Part shown: positions 49,885-59,945 of the stretch, one piece after another | Layout of the letters: every line of letters starts with the position of its first letter | How positions within the stretch are numbered: the stretch's first letter is position 1 | Source: Patescibacteria group bacterium | Lineage (GTDB): Bacteria; Patescibacteriota; Patescibacteriia; PEXW01 | Assembly: GCA_041665345.1 (NCBI GenBank) | Contig: JBAYJA010000001.1 | Span: 329,206 to 393,205, forward strand | Length of the DNA stretch: 64,000 nucleotides | Direction of reading: 5' to 3' | Notes under the pieces: generated by a model | What the model was told of the DNA's origin: nothing | The model's input: only the letters and a program-made list of their open reading frames with translations | The model's database searches: none | Made by a program: the position numbers and the translations under genes

Positions 49885-50358
49885 ATGCCCAAGCGCGAAA
49901 ACTACCTTTCCTGGGATGAGTGCTTCATGCAAATGGCGCACCTCATTGCCGAACGTTCCAAAGACCCCAGCACCCAAGCTGGAGCAGTGATTGTGAATGA
50001 CAACAAGATTGTGGTGGGTTTGGGCTACAATGGCTTTCCCCGTGGCATTAAAGACGATGAACTGCCATGGGAACGGGAAGGCGCCATGCTGGACACGAAG
50101 TACGCCTACGTGGTGCACGCTGAGGAAAATGCCGTGTACAACGCCAATGCCAGCACCAAAGGCTGCACGCTCTACACCACGCTTTTCCCCTGTAACGAAT
50201 GTGCAAAAACCATTATCCAGAATGGAATTACCGAAGTGGTGTACACCTCTGACAAGTACAGCGACACGGATATTTGGAAAGCGTCCCGGAAGTTACTCTC
50301 CCTAGCAGGGGTAACCTGCCGATTATTCAACCCACAATTCAAACTCAAATTAGTATAG
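49885..50358 (+). CDS. dCMP deaminase
   Basis: RSKDPSTQ, GYNG, HAEENA, PCNEC. Confidence 0.93.
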   Translation: MPKRENYLSWDECFMQMAHLIAERSKDPSTQAGAVIVNDNKIVVGLGYNGFPRGIKDDELPWEREGAMLDTKYAYVVHAEENAVYNANASTKGCTLYTTLFPCNECAKTIIQNGITEVVYTSDKYSDTDIWKASRKLLSLAGVTCRLFNPQFKLKLV

Positions 50359-50359
50359 T

Positions 50360-50917
50360 ATGGTCATTGGCATTACTGGTTTACCCGGCGCAGGGAAGGG
50401 GACGGCTGCAGCGTACCTGGTGGAAAAGTACGGCGGCGTGTCCAAGCAGTTTTCTGGGCCCTTGCGGGACATTGTGAAGCGCTTGCACCAGTCTGTGACG
50501 CGGGAGCACTTGCAGGAGCTTGCCAAAGCTTTGCGCGGGATTTTTGGGAATAATGTGCTGGCCGAGACGCTGCTCGGGGATCTGAAAGCCGATACCACGC
50601 CGCTGGTGGTTATGGAGGGTTTTCGGTACCACGATGAGTACAAAATATTGCGGCAACACCCAGACTTCCAATTTGTGGCAATTGAAGCTTCGTTTGAAAC
50701 CCGGCTGGGGCGTATCCAGCAACGCACGGAAAATGTGGGTGATGGGCAAATCACAGCCGAGTCTTTTGCCAAGCAGCATGAGCACGAAACCGAGAAAGCC
50801 ATTCCAGAGCTCATTGCTTTGGCTGACCATCACATTGATAACAGTGGCAATGTTACCCAGCTTTACGCACAGCTTGATGCGCTGATGACCAAACTCGGCC
50901 ATGCACCTAAGAGTTAA
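50360..50917 (+). CDS. P-loop nucleotide kinase (dNMP-kinase/CoaE-like)
   Basis: IGITGLPGAGKGT, MEGFR, IDNSG. Confidence 0.8.
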   Translation: MVIGITGLPGAGKGTAAAYLVEKYGGVSKQFSGPLRDIVKRLHQSVTREHLQELAKALRGIFGNNVLAETLLGDLKADTTPLVVMEGFRYHDEYKILRQHPDFQFVAIEASFETRLGRIQQRTENVGDGQITAESFAKQHEHETEKAIPELIALADHHIDNSGNVTQLYAQLDALMTKLGHAPKS

Positions 50918-51323
50918 ACTTCTGCACCCAGACGCAACCCTGCCCAAGTACGCCCACGACGGCGATGCGGGGTTTGATGTGTTTGCGAAAGAGGATGTCA
51001 CCATCCCAGTTGGTGAGCGTCGGGCGATCTACCTTGGCTTTTCCGCGGAAATCCCCGACGGAACAGTCGCGCTAGTTTGGGACAAAGGGGGGATTGCCGC
51101 TAAGCAAGGTATAACCTCACTGGCCGGTGTTATTGATGCCGGGTACCGGGGGGAGTGGTTGGTGGTGTTGCATAACCTTGGTTCTGAGCCGTTCACTTTT
51201 GCCAAAGGCATGAAGGTTGCACAAGTACTCATTCAGCAGGTGGAGCGCCCAACCATTGAAGTTGCTCAGGAACTTTCCGAAACCGCCCGCGGGGCAGGGA
51301 AGTTCGGCAGTACAGGCCAATAA
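50901..51323 (+). CDS. dut: dUTPase
   Basis: DAGFD, GVIDAGYRGE, RGAGKFGSTG. Confidence 0.95.
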   Translation: MHLRVKLLHPDATLPKYAHDGDAGFDVFAKEDVTIPVGERRAIYLGFSAEIPDGTVALVWDKGGIAAKQGITSLAGVIDAGYRGEWLVVLHNLGSEPFTFAKGMKVAQVLIQQVERPTIEVAQELSETARGAGKFGSTGQ

Positions 51324-51335
51324 GATGATCGAAAC

Positions 51336-51417
51336 GTGGGTAGCCAAAGCCCTCGCTTTGGCAGTATTGGCGTACGTTTTTTACCAAGTGGGTAGCCCGG
51401 GTCCTTTGACCCGGGCA
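51336..51417 (+). repeat. two GTAG-type REPs
   Basis: GTGGGTAG-CCAAAGC..GCTTTGG-CA and GTGGGTAG-CCCGGGTC..GACCCGGG-CA. Confidence 0.8.
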
Positions 51418-51483
51418 TTTGGCCTCCCGCCTTGACTAGCTTCAGACATAGCGTTAGGGTCAAAGCAAACTGAAGGAGGTTTT

Positions 51484-51771
51484 GTGGTAAAAGCAGTTCT
51501 TTGCAAGCTCGTTTCCTCGAATGATACCGGGGAGCACGAATGTCCTGATGGCTCAATGGTTGGCGATCTCATTCGGCAAGCCAAAATACCTTTTGACCTT
51601 GATTCCGAAAAGGTGATTCGGGTGCACCTCCCGGAAGATGGGCGAGCTGCATGGGTTGAAACCGTAGGAATGAGTGATGAAGTTGACTATGGTGACTTTG
51701 TGGGCTACATCATTGTGCCAAAGACCTTTATTCTCTACGAACATTTGAGTAAGCCCATAAACGAGACCTAG
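51484..51771 (+). CDS. hypothetical protein
   Basis: AAGGAGG before GTG; promoter TTGACT(51432)-17-TAGGGT; terminator. Confidence 0.65.
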   Translation: MVKAVLCKLVSSNDTGEHECPDGSMVGDLIRQAKIPFDLDSEKVIRVHLPEDGRAAWVETVGMSDEVDYGDFVGYIIVPKTFILYEHLSKPINET

Positions 51772-51953
51772 TTGCTATCCTGGCATGAGCCGACATTCTT
51801 CTAGTGTCGGCTTTTGATCTTGCCAAATTCTTCAAACATGCTAAGGTACATCCTTCTTTGAAAACTAAAGAAATCCACGCGCATTTTTGTGTAATTGTTG
51901 TAACCCGGCCAGCCCAGCATGGGCCAGCCACAACCACGAAAGGTAGGCCAGTC

Positions 51954-52757
51954 ATGAAAAATGACAAGCCAACTTTGACTTCAGGGATTCCACGCGGAGT
52001 GGAAACGCAAACCCTTTTGGCGCTACAAAAGCAAGGAGTCTCAATTGCTGACTATGCTGCCATAGGTACAAATTTTGCCCTGCGTGTCGAAATCGTTGCG
52101 ACGCTCATGAAACACCGATTGTTCGCCACGCCAGAAGAGCAAATGACTAGTCTGCTTCGTATTAACGAACAGGTCTGGAAAGACCCGACTATCACTATGG
52201 CGGCAATGAAAGCCATTGGCGATCCTCCGCCGTGTCCAATGCTAGATGAAATACACCTGTATTGCGTCGTCCTGCTATCGGAAACCGGGGATCCAATCCG
52301 GACCTTTGCACGTAATTGGGCAGCCTGCGAGTTCGTCCATAGTGGCAACACGTGGAAGTACGATGGTCTGGTCTTCACCCCTCAGATTGTGCGTGTTCGG
52401 GAGAAAGCCATCCCTCGTCCCGTTGGCCTCCGTTGGGCGATTGCCGAACTGGGTCGCACGTATCTATACGACGACAAAATACCAGATGTGTTAGCAGAAC
52501 TCGATCGAACCCAAACCATGGTTATGGGTCAGGAATTACCACTCATTGCAGCATTGCATCCAAAATGGGTAACGCAAATGAACACGACAGATATTCCTCC
52601 CGTATTTGCGCCTGACCTTGAGGTTTCACTCATCGGGGAGAGTCATTACGACCATCGGCCGTTACTCTTTTTCAGGAACCGTGGTGATGGAGTGGGGCTT
52701 ATTCCGGACCTCATTGGCCGTACAAACGACGGCTATAGCTTTGGCTTCTTCCGCTAG
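51954..52757 (+). CDS. hypothetical protein
   Basis: ATG after GAAAGG; own promoter 51820-51847. Confidence 0.7.
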   Translation: MKNDKPTLTSGIPRGVETQTLLALQKQGVSIADYAAIGTNFALRVEIVATLMKHRLFATPEEQMTSLLRINEQVWKDPTITMAAMKAIGDPPPCPMLDEIHLYCVVLLSETGDPIRTFARNWAACEFVHSGNTWKYDGLVFTPQIVRVREKAIPRPVGLRWAIAELGRTYLYDDKIPDVLAELDRTQTMVMGQELPLIAALHPKWVTQMNTTDIPPVFAPDLEVSLIGESHYDHRPLLFFRNRGDGVGLIPDLIGRTNDGYSFGFFR

Positions 52758-52857
52758 TTTGAAATGTATTCCGCCGATCCTTTTCGAGGCAGCACATACC
52801 CGTGTTGCCTCTTTTTCATATTGCCAAATTTCTAAAACGTGCTAAGGTAGTTCCGCC

Positions 52858-54441
52858 ATGCCAAAGGAAATCCTGTCCAACGAGCGCGACATCTTTGCCA
52901 TTACCGGCCTGCCCCCGGAGGTCTTGGCTGTGGGTATGGCCAAGTACTCCCGGTCTGCCGCCTCCATTAAAGACACCATTGCCGAGCTGACCGAGGAGAA
53001 ATCTGCCGAATTCCACGAGAAGTGGGTTATTGGCTATGGGGACGCGTCTGTGGCGGATATGGCTGTCATTGCCCTGGCCTGTGAAAACGTCTCTATATTG
53101 GCAAGTAAAGCCATTGAGGACCACCGTTTGGCCAGCTACCAGGAGAAGTCCACCCGGTATATCAGCTTTGAGCGGCAGGTCCAGCCAGATGGCTCTGCCT
53201 TGCCCCGGCGCTACTACCGGCCCACACCCATTGCAGAGTCTGCGCATGCTGGTTTGTACGAACGAACCTGCGAGCAGATGTTTGACGCGTACAGCGATTT
53301 GACGCAAACCATGGTGGAGTACTACCGACGGGAATACCCCATGCCGGCGGATGGCAAGGAAAAACTGTACACGGCGAAGTTGAAAGCGCGAGCCTTGGAC
53401 ATTGCACGGTACGTCCTGCCTGCAGCTACCCTGACGAATTTGGGCTGGATTACGTCGGCCCGTAGTTTGCGGCGGGCGATTTTCAAAATGGGTCAGTCAG
53501 ATTTGGATGAAGTGCGAAAAATTGCCAGTGAGGTGCAGCACGCAGCCACGAGCCCAGCGCACAACCCACAAGCGCAGAAAGTGGAACCCTTACTCTGGAA
53601 AGCGGAAGAGCAAACCGACCCTATTGTCCAAGAGCTTGTCCAGAATTTGCGCGCCAATCTCAACCTCACAGTGAAAGGTGCACCTACCCTTATCAAGCAC
53701 ACAGAGCCCACACCCTTTGCAGCCGCGCGCCGCCGGCGTATTCGGGCTATGGCCGCCACACTCCTGGGTGACCTGCATGTACTGGACAATGAACCCCGTG
53801 TTACCTTCCACCCACATGTCCATCCCGAAGTGGAATTGGCTACGTCCCTCCTCTACGAAGAGACGCAGTTTAGCTACGGGCAAATTCAAGAGGTGGTCAT
53901 GGGTCTCAGTGCTGCGGAACGGGCTGAAGTCATTGCGGCAGGAACCGCAGACCGTGGATCGCATGATTTGATTGGCCGGCCATTTGAAGTGGGAAACTTG
54001 GTCTTTGACACGCTCATGGACTATGGTGCCTTCCGGGATTTACAACGGCATCGCATGTGCACGCAAATCAACCAGCCACTGACGGCAGAGCATGGGTTTG
54101 AAAAACCGCCCGCACCCATGGGTATGGAAGCCGCAGGTGCCTTGGACATTTTTGAAACCGTTTTCCAAGAAGTCCAAAGTGCGTACCGCATTCTGGCAGC
54201 TGACTTCCCGCACGAAGCAGCGTACGTCTTGCCTTTGGCTACCCGCAAGCGCACGCTCTTTAGCATGAATGCGCGGGAGCTGACCCATTTGGTAGAATTA
54301 CGTTCGCGCTCCGGTGGCCATGTCTCCTACCGGTGGATTGTGCGGGACATGTTGGAGCAAGCCAAAGCGCACTACCCAGAGTTGGTTCGGCATATTCGCA
54401 TTGCGGACATTGACTTCGTAGCGGATTTTCACAAACGGTAA
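52858..54441 (+). CDS. thyX: FAD-dependent thymidylate synthase, double-domain type
   Basis: YQEKSTRY, ARYVLP, FRDLQRHR, NARELTHLVELRS. Confidence 0.92.
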   Translation: MPKEILSNERDIFAITGLPPEVLAVGMAKYSRSAASIKDTIAELTEEKSAEFHEKWVIGYGDASVADMAVIALACENVSILASKAIEDHRLASYQEKSTRYISFERQVQPDGSALPRRYYRPTPIAESAHAGLYERTCEQMFDAYSDLTQTMVEYYRREYPMPADGKEKLYTAKLKARALDIARYVLPAATLTNLGWITSARSLRRAIFKMGQSDLDEVRKIASEVQHAATSPAHNPQAQKVEPLLWKAEEQTDPIVQELVQNLRANLNLTVKGAPTLIKHTEPTPFAAARRRRIRAMAATLLGDLHVLDNEPRVTFHPHVHPEVELATSLLYEETQFSYGQIQEVVMGLSAAERAEVIAAGTADRGSHDLIGRPFEVGNLVFDTLMDYGAFRDLQRHRMCTQINQPLTAEHGFEKPPAPMGMEAAGALDIFETVFQEVQSAYRILAADFPHEAAYVLPLATRKRTLFSMNARELTHLVELRSRSGGHVSYRWIVRDMLEQAKAHYPELVRHIRIADIDFVADFHKR

Positions 54442-54476
54442 AGCAGACTGGGAGAAGCAGCTAGCGCCAATTTTTC

Positions 54477-55232
54477 CTATTCAAATTTACCAATCAACGC
54501 GCTCCATACCACTTTCAGGATGTGGCGGTTTTGACGTTTGTAGTATCGGTGGAGGTAGACGTAGCCAATAATGAGCCCAATGGCTACGGGGATACTAAAG
54601 GGCCAGTACTGCAGGAAGAACGGTTTTAGTTCCAGGGGGTAGTACCCAATGCCAAACCACAGGAAAGACCAGATGATCTCTCCAAACAGTGCGAGCCAGA
54701 AGAAACTCCAGAACGGCATTTTTAGCATGCCTGCGGCGTAGTTCACAAAACCTAAGATGCCGGCGAACAGAAATCGAGTAACAAAAACCAAGCGCTTGCC
54801 GCCGTGCTGAATGTAGTGGTAGGCCTTTTGGTAGTCTGGGTCATCTTCGGAAACCCCAAGCCACGCCAAGAAGGTATGGCGGAATCGGCGAGCCAGCGCG
54901 TAGGCAATAACATCACCGAGGATGGAAGCAATGGTGATAATCGCAATGGAAATGGCAGGCTGAAATTCCCCGCGTGATGCCGCTAAGCCAATGCCAATAG
55001 GAAGGAAGCTTGATGGCAGGCCAGCCAGAATATTCGCCGCCACAATCCACAGGAAAATAATGGGGTAGCCGTAGCGTTGAGTCCAGGCCAGCACGTGGAC
55101 TTGCACCACGTCACTGAAAATGAAGCTCAGCACCCAGATAACAAAAAAGACCGTGAGGATCTTTATGGTAATTTTCCACCATTTTTTGGAGCGGATTTTT
55201 TTCGCCTGCATGTGGTCATTCAGCGAGTGCAT
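54477..55232 (-). CDS. DedA/SNARE-associated membrane protein
   Basis: LGDVIAY, FVTRF, NYAAGMLKMPF. Confidence 0.88.
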   Translation of the reverse strand: MHSLNDHMQAKKIRSKKWWKITIKILTVFFVIWVLSFIFSDVVQVHVLAWTQRYGYPIIFLWIVAANILAGLPSSFLPIGIGLAASRGEFQPAISIAIITIASILGDVIAYALARRFRHTFLAWLGVSEDDPDYQKAYHYIQHGGKRLVFVTRFLFAGILGFVNYAAGMLKMPFWSFFWLALFGEIIWSFLWFGIGYYPLELKPFFLQYWPFSIPVAIGLIIGYVYLHRYYKRQNRHILKVVWSALIGKFE

Positions 55233-55321
55233 ACCTCCATATAGTACTGTTTTCCTCAGGCTTTGCCTAGGTAAAAGAAAACTGCCCTTTTGGAAAAGAG
55301 CAGTTTGAAAAGTTCGGGGCG

Positions 55322-55876
55322 CTAGGCTACGCGATGTCGTTTGAGAATGTGTCGGAGAACTGACTGTACTTCTTCGGTAAACTCAGCTACGGTGCCGTTA
55401 TTCACAATAATGTCGCTTGCGCTGGAGAGCAGAAAGGGAATGTCTCTTTCTGTGGGCTGTTTATCTTGCTGTCGCAAGTCATCCACGCCCAGGTTGCTTT
55501 CAGAAGCATCGCGGTTTCTACTCCGTATGCGTTCTAGGCGCATGGCAAGGTGGGTTTGCAAACCAACGAGCACAAAGTCTGGTCGCTGAGCCAGCCAGGT
55601 GAGTTCCTCTGCATATCGCACTGCATCAATGACGGTGAGCTGGCTCTCCCGAGCCTTCCGGAGAAGGCTGCAGATTATGGATGTTGGCCCCTCGGTGTCG
55701 TGGATTTTTGCTCCCAGGGCTTGGAGGGTTCCGCGGCTGATCGGCTCACCACGTTCCTCTAAGATTTTTCTCAGTAGCGTTGAGGCAGAAAGAATTTGAG
55801 CATCGAATTGTTCCGCGGCAATTTTGCAGAACATGCTTTTCCCGCAGGCAGAATGCCCTGTTAGTCCAATAATCAC
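55322..55876 (-). CDS. P-loop nucleotide kinase paralog
   Basis: IGLTGHSACGKS, IDAVR, IVNNG; AAGGAGG before GTG. Confidence 0.8.
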   Translation of the reverse strand: MIIGLTGHSACGKSMFCKIAAEQFDAQILSASTLLRKILEERGEPISRGTLQALGAKIHDTEGPTSIICSLLRKARESQLTVIDAVRYAEELTWLAQRPDFVLVGLQTHLAMRLERIRSRNRDASESNLGVDDLRQQDKQPTERDIPFLLSSASDIIVNNGTVAEFTEEVQSVLRHILKRHRVA

Positions 55877-55891
55877 ATTTCCTCCTTTGGG

Positions 55892-56440
55892 TTAGGTTTT
55901 TTGCTGAAACGTCTTCAGGTAGTGGCTGACCAAATTTTCCAGGTGTTGCCGTGTGTCATTGTTCAAAATCGTGTACGCACATTTGGACAGGAGTGTTGGC
56001 ACCTCGCTTTCATTGGGGTGCATATCCTGTTGGTGCAGGGTTTTCGGTGTCAGCCTGCCTTCCATGGGGTCTCGGCGCCGGCGCCGAAGTCGTTCTAGCC
56101 GCATGGTGAAAGGTGCTTGCACTCCAACGAGATGGAAATCTGGTCGGCTCCGTATTGGCGCAATATCTGCAAGGCGCCGAATGCCGTCAATGACGAGTAG
56201 GGGTTTGGCTGTTGCCACATGGAGGCGTAGTGCCTCAGCCAGAAAGTACTCACCACCATTTTGCTTTATGGACAAGCTGAGCGCCGCAACGTGTTCGCGG
56301 GTTGGTTCAAGCTGCAGCGCCTTGAGGATTTTCCAGAGTGGGTCTGACATGAGGTAGACTTCTGCGTCAAATTTTTTTCGCAAAATCTCCGCTATTGTCC
56401 CCTTGCCTGTGCCGGGTAGGCCAATGAGACCAAGAATCAT
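55892..56440 (-). CDS. P-loop nucleotide kinase paralog
   Basis: LGLIGLPGTGKGT, IDGIR, ILNN; AAGGAG. Confidence 0.8.
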   Translation of the reverse strand: MILGLIGLPGTGKGTIAEILRKKFDAEVYLMSDPLWKILKALQLEPTREHVAALSLSIKQNGGEYFLAEALRLHVATAKPLLVIDGIRRLADIAPIRSRPDFHLVGVQAPFTMRLERLRRRRRDPMEGRLTPKTLHQQDMHPNESEVPTLLSKCAYTILNNDTRQHLENLVSHYLKTFQQKT

Positions 56441-56549
56441 GCGCTCTCCTTTGGGTTGTTCAGGTACTTGTTTTCTGGCCGTACCTTAGCATTTTTGTAT
56501 ATCAGGTCAAGGTTGTTTCCAGGCCCAGGAGACTGCTACACTACAGCAT

Positions 56550-57281
56550 ATGACCAAAGTCAAACGGGGCGCATTTATTATGGTGGATGGCATTGACGGC
56601 TCTGGCAAAGGTACGGTGGTGGATGCCTACGGTGCCTGGGCAAAGCAGAAGCAATTGACGGTATTTGACGTGCGCGCGTACGCCAAGGGGTCTGGGAAAT
56701 TGCCCCAGCCAGCTGATTGGCAGGATGCGGATTTGCTCCTTTCTGCTGAACCAACCCATGCCGGGGTGGGCCGGGTGATCCGGGAAGAGATTGTGCACGA
56801 CAATGGTCGAGACTACTCGGGGTACGTTACCGCTGAAGCTTTTAGTCTGGACAGACTCATTCTCTACAAGTCTGTCATTCTCCCTGCACTTGCAGCCGGG
56901 AAAACAGTCGTGCAAGAACGGGGCGTTTCCTCATCCATTGCTTACCAGCCAGCCCAAGGCAAGGTGACATTGCAACAATTACTGAAGTTGGAAGGGAATG
57001 CGTTTGCCCTTAAGTTTCGGCCTGACTTACTGTTAATCACGGTCTGCCCGCCCGACGTCTGCATGCGCCGCTTGCAAGCACGAACGAAGAAGCAGGACAA
57101 GGCAATTTTTGAAAAGCGCGCGTTCCTGGCCAAGCTCGATAAGCGTTACCGCAGCCCGTGGTTCATTAATCTCTTTCAGAAGCGGGGGAGTGTGGTGGGA
57201 TTTTTGGACACCAATGATACTTTCCAGGAGACGCAGCAGGAGAGCGTGGGATACATTAACGACTTCTTGACCAAAGTATGA
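56550..57281 (+). CDS. tmk: thymidylate kinase
   Basis: DGIDGSGKGT, EPT, DR, ERGVSSSIAYQ, RPDL. Confidence 0.88.
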   Translation: MTKVKRGAFIMVDGIDGSGKGTVVDAYGAWAKQKQLTVFDVRAYAKGSGKLPQPADWQDADLLLSAEPTHAGVGRVIREEIVHDNGRDYSGYVTAEAFSLDRLILYKSVILPALAAGKTVVQERGVSSSIAYQPAQGKVTLQQLLKLEGNAFALKFRPDLLLITVCPPDVCMRRLQARTKKQDKAIFEKRAFLAKLDKRYRSPWFINLFQKRGSVVGFLDTNDTFQETQQESVGYINDFLTKV

Positions 57282-58819
57282 AGTTAGAAACCATCATTGG
57301 TTTGGAAATGCACATTCAGCTGAAGACGGAGAGTAAAATGTTTTGCCGGTGTGCAAATGTGGATACGAATGTCCCAGCGAACAGTGCAGTCTGCCCCATC
57401 TGCCTGGGCCACCCTGGTACCTTACCTGTCCCAAACGCGCAGGCTTTGGCGTTTGCTGTGCGGTTTGCCCAAGCGCTGGATTTCAAAATCCCCATGATCA
57501 CCAAGTTTGACCGGAAGCACTACGCGTATCCAGACTTGCCCAAGGGGTACCAAATTTCGCAGTTCGACGAACCCATTGGTCAGCAGGGTCACTTACTCCT
57601 GGATGTGCAAGGGGAAGAGCGCCGTGTGCAATTTGAGCGGGTACACCTGGAAGAAGATGCAGCAAAAAATCTCCACACCCCAGAAGGTGAGGTGCTGGTA
57701 GATTTCAACCGAGCAGGTACGCCATTGCTTGAAATTGTCACCACGCCGTGCCTGACGACGCCGCAAGAAGCAAAACTTCTGCTACAGGAAATGCAACGCA
57801 TTGCTCGCGCCTTGGGTATTTCTGATGCAGATATGGAGCTGGGGCATTTGCGGTGCGATGCAAACATTTCCCTACGGCCGGTGCCAGAAGAACTGGACAA
57901 GGCGCCTTTTCCTCCCAGTGCCCATGGCTACTACCCCAAGACGGAAGTGAAGAACCTGAATTCCTTCCGCCACGTGGAGCGCGCCTTGGCGTACGAGATT
58001 ACCCGGCAAACGGAGCTGTGGGAAAAAGGCGAACCACCCAAGTTGGATTCCACTCGTGGTTGGGATGAGCGGCGGGGGAGCACGACCTTGCAGCGAGAAA
58101 AAGAAGCGAGCCATGACTACCGGTACTTCCCAGAACCAGACATTCCGGCAATTGAACTGACTGATGCATTTTTGACAACAACCCTGAAGGATGTTGTGGA
58201 ATTACCCCGAGCAAAGCGGCAGCGCTTCCAAGAACAGTACGCCCTGACGCCAATGGACGCCGCCCTGCTGACGGAGAATTTGGACGTTGCCGATTGGTTT
58301 GAGAGCGTGGTCTCCGAATTGCAGAAGTGGTTTTCCACGCGGGAAGGAACTGCAGAAATGAGTGAGGAAGACTGGACGATAGCAAATCACAAAGTCATTC
58401 GCCAGGCAGCGAATTGGGTGACCACCCGCTTGTTCGCGACGCTGTCGGAGAAGAACCAAGAATTTAGCCAGTTACACATTTCACCTGAAGACTACGCAGA
58501 GTTTATTGTCATGCTCGTGGAGCGCCGGATGAACACGACCACCGCGCAGACAGTGCTTGCAACTATGGCGAATACGGGTGAAGACCCGCACCACATTTTG
58601 GAAGCTGGTGGCTTGCACCAGGTGAGCGATCCCAAAGACCTGGTTGTCCTGGTTGACCAAGTGCTGCGCGAGCAAACTGAGATTGTAGCTGATATCAAAG
58701 CCGGCAAAATTGCCAAAGCCCAGTTCCTCATTGGCCAGGTGATGAAGCTCAGCAAAGGCAAGGCTGACCCAGCTATTCTCCGTGAGCTTATTGCGGGGAA
58801 GTTGGGGATTACCCTGTAA
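57278..58819 (+). CDS. gatB: Asp/Glu-tRNA amidotransferase subunit B
   Basis: IGLEMHIQL, YPDLPKGYQISQ, EVKNLNSF, DYRYFPEPD. Confidence 0.97.
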   Translation: MKLETIIGLEMHIQLKTESKMFCRCANVDTNVPANSAVCPICLGHPGTLPVPNAQALAFAVRFAQALDFKIPMITKFDRKHYAYPDLPKGYQISQFDEPIGQQGHLLLDVQGEERRVQFERVHLEEDAAKNLHTPEGEVLVDFNRAGTPLLEIVTTPCLTTPQEAKLLLQEMQRIARALGISDADMELGHLRCDANISLRPVPEELDKAPFPPSAHGYYPKTEVKNLNSFRHVERALAYEITRQTELWEKGEPPKLDSTRGWDERRGSTTLQREKEASHDYRYFPEPDIPAIELTDAFLTTTLKDVVELPRAKRQRFQEQYALTPMDAALLTENLDVADWFESVVSELQKWFSTREGTAEMSEEDWTIANHKVIRQAANWVTTRLFATLSEKNQEFSQLHISPEDYAEFIVMLVERRMNTTTAQTVLATMANTGEDPHHILEAGGLHQVSDPKDLVVLVDQVLREQTEIVADIKAGKIAKAQFLIGQVMKLSKGKADPAILRELIAGKLGITL

Positions 58820-58820
58820 C

Positions 58821-58914
58821 TTCTTGGCGACTTTAGTCGCGTTCCGCCATAGTCATGTGAAGATAGGGATGCTTGCTTGAAGCAATCAAACCGGACTAAA
58901 GTCCGTGAGAAGAA
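58821..58914. repeat. inverted pair of ACTTTAGT-loop palindromes (REPIN-like)
   Basis: GCGACTTTAGTCGC at 58827 and CGGACTAAAGTCCG at 58892. Confidence 0.6.
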
Positions 58915-59033
58915 GGGGGGAGCCTTGGTCTTGACATAGACAAAGGTTTACGTTAAGTTTTGTTGCTAAAAGAAAAGTCAATGTGAAAAAGAAATATTGA
59001 AAAACGCAGCAAAATGGCTGCAAAGGAGGAAGT

Positions 59034-59909
59034 GTGCATAAACAGAAAGCTGAACAGCTTGACCAGCTCTGGGCGGAATTATTGAAGCGGGTTGCGACAG
59101 AGCGGCCACATTCGCTGTATCCCATTGTGCAAGTCATGGCTGGAGTACCTGCTTTGCGTCAGAGAGCTTGGAATTATTATGTTCAAGCAATCCAGGCAGC
59201 GCTTGGGCAAAATGCAGGTAACGCGAAGTCGCGTTATACTTGGTATCAAGCCATGTCCGTTGTTATGGCAAATGTACCAAGTTTATTCACTGCGGCGTGG
59301 AAATTGCTCCAGCCGAAGTGCACAAGAAGAAATCTCGTTCAGTTACTCATCAGGTTTGATAGCAAACTTGCTTTTCGGCAGGAAGTTTGGGATCGACTCA
59401 CAGGAAATCATCAGCTATCCAATCTTGAATGGTGGTTGATTATCCGCGGGTGTTCGCCAATGCGAGCTGAGGTGTGGAAGCATATCCCACCCAATTTCCC
59501 TAAGCGGAGACTCGTTAACCTTGTCAATGACGAACCTAGTCTGCGCAAAGTAGGTATGTCAGTGTTGTGGGAATATCATTTAAACAGCTATGAAGTTGCG
59601 CAGCTGCTTATCTACGATGCTAAAGGGAAATTACCGGGTGGTTGGCGACGACTGCGAGAGCTTCAGCCAAGTAAGAGCTTGCTATGGGATGTCATTCAGT
59701 GTGCACCGGGGTACAAAAAAAGTGCCGCGGCCCACCTGTTACGGAATTACAAGCTTACCCCAGACGAATTGCGTAATTTGCAATTGTTAGTTCCGGATCT
59801 GCGTAAAAAAATTTCATCGCGACTTCCAAAAGCAAAAACTCCAACAAAGCCGAAGCGTACTTCCATGAGTATCGCTACGGAGATAATCAAGATTAGTAAC
59901 AGTGCGTAG
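59034..59909 (+). CDS. basic helical-repeat hypothetical protein
   Basis: Recurring 'P.LR..(A/V)W..L' units; AAGGAGG; promoter TTGACA(58931)-17-TAAGTT. Confidence 0.7.
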   Translation: MHKQKAEQLDQLWAELLKRVATERPHSLYPIVQVMAGVPALRQRAWNYYVQAIQAALGQNAGNAKSRYTWYQAMSVVMANVPSLFTAAWKLLQPKCTRRNLVQLLIRFDSKLAFRQEVWDRLTGNHQLSNLEWWLIIRGCSPMRAEVWKHIPPNFPKRRLVNLVNDEPSLRKVGMSVLWEYHLNSYEVAQLLIYDAKGKLPGGWRRLRELQPSKSLLWDVIQCAPGYKKSAAAHLLRNYKLTPDELRNLQLLVPDLRKKISSRLPKAKTPTKPKRTSMSIATEIIKISNSA

Positions 59910-59945
59910 GAAATGATTCAAAAAATTGTTTCCTGCAACAGGGTG

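Noticed and set aside
51954-52757. DGR target protein
   Set aside because: The C-terminus loosely recalls CLec-type variable proteins, but no template repeat or reverse transcriptase is visible.
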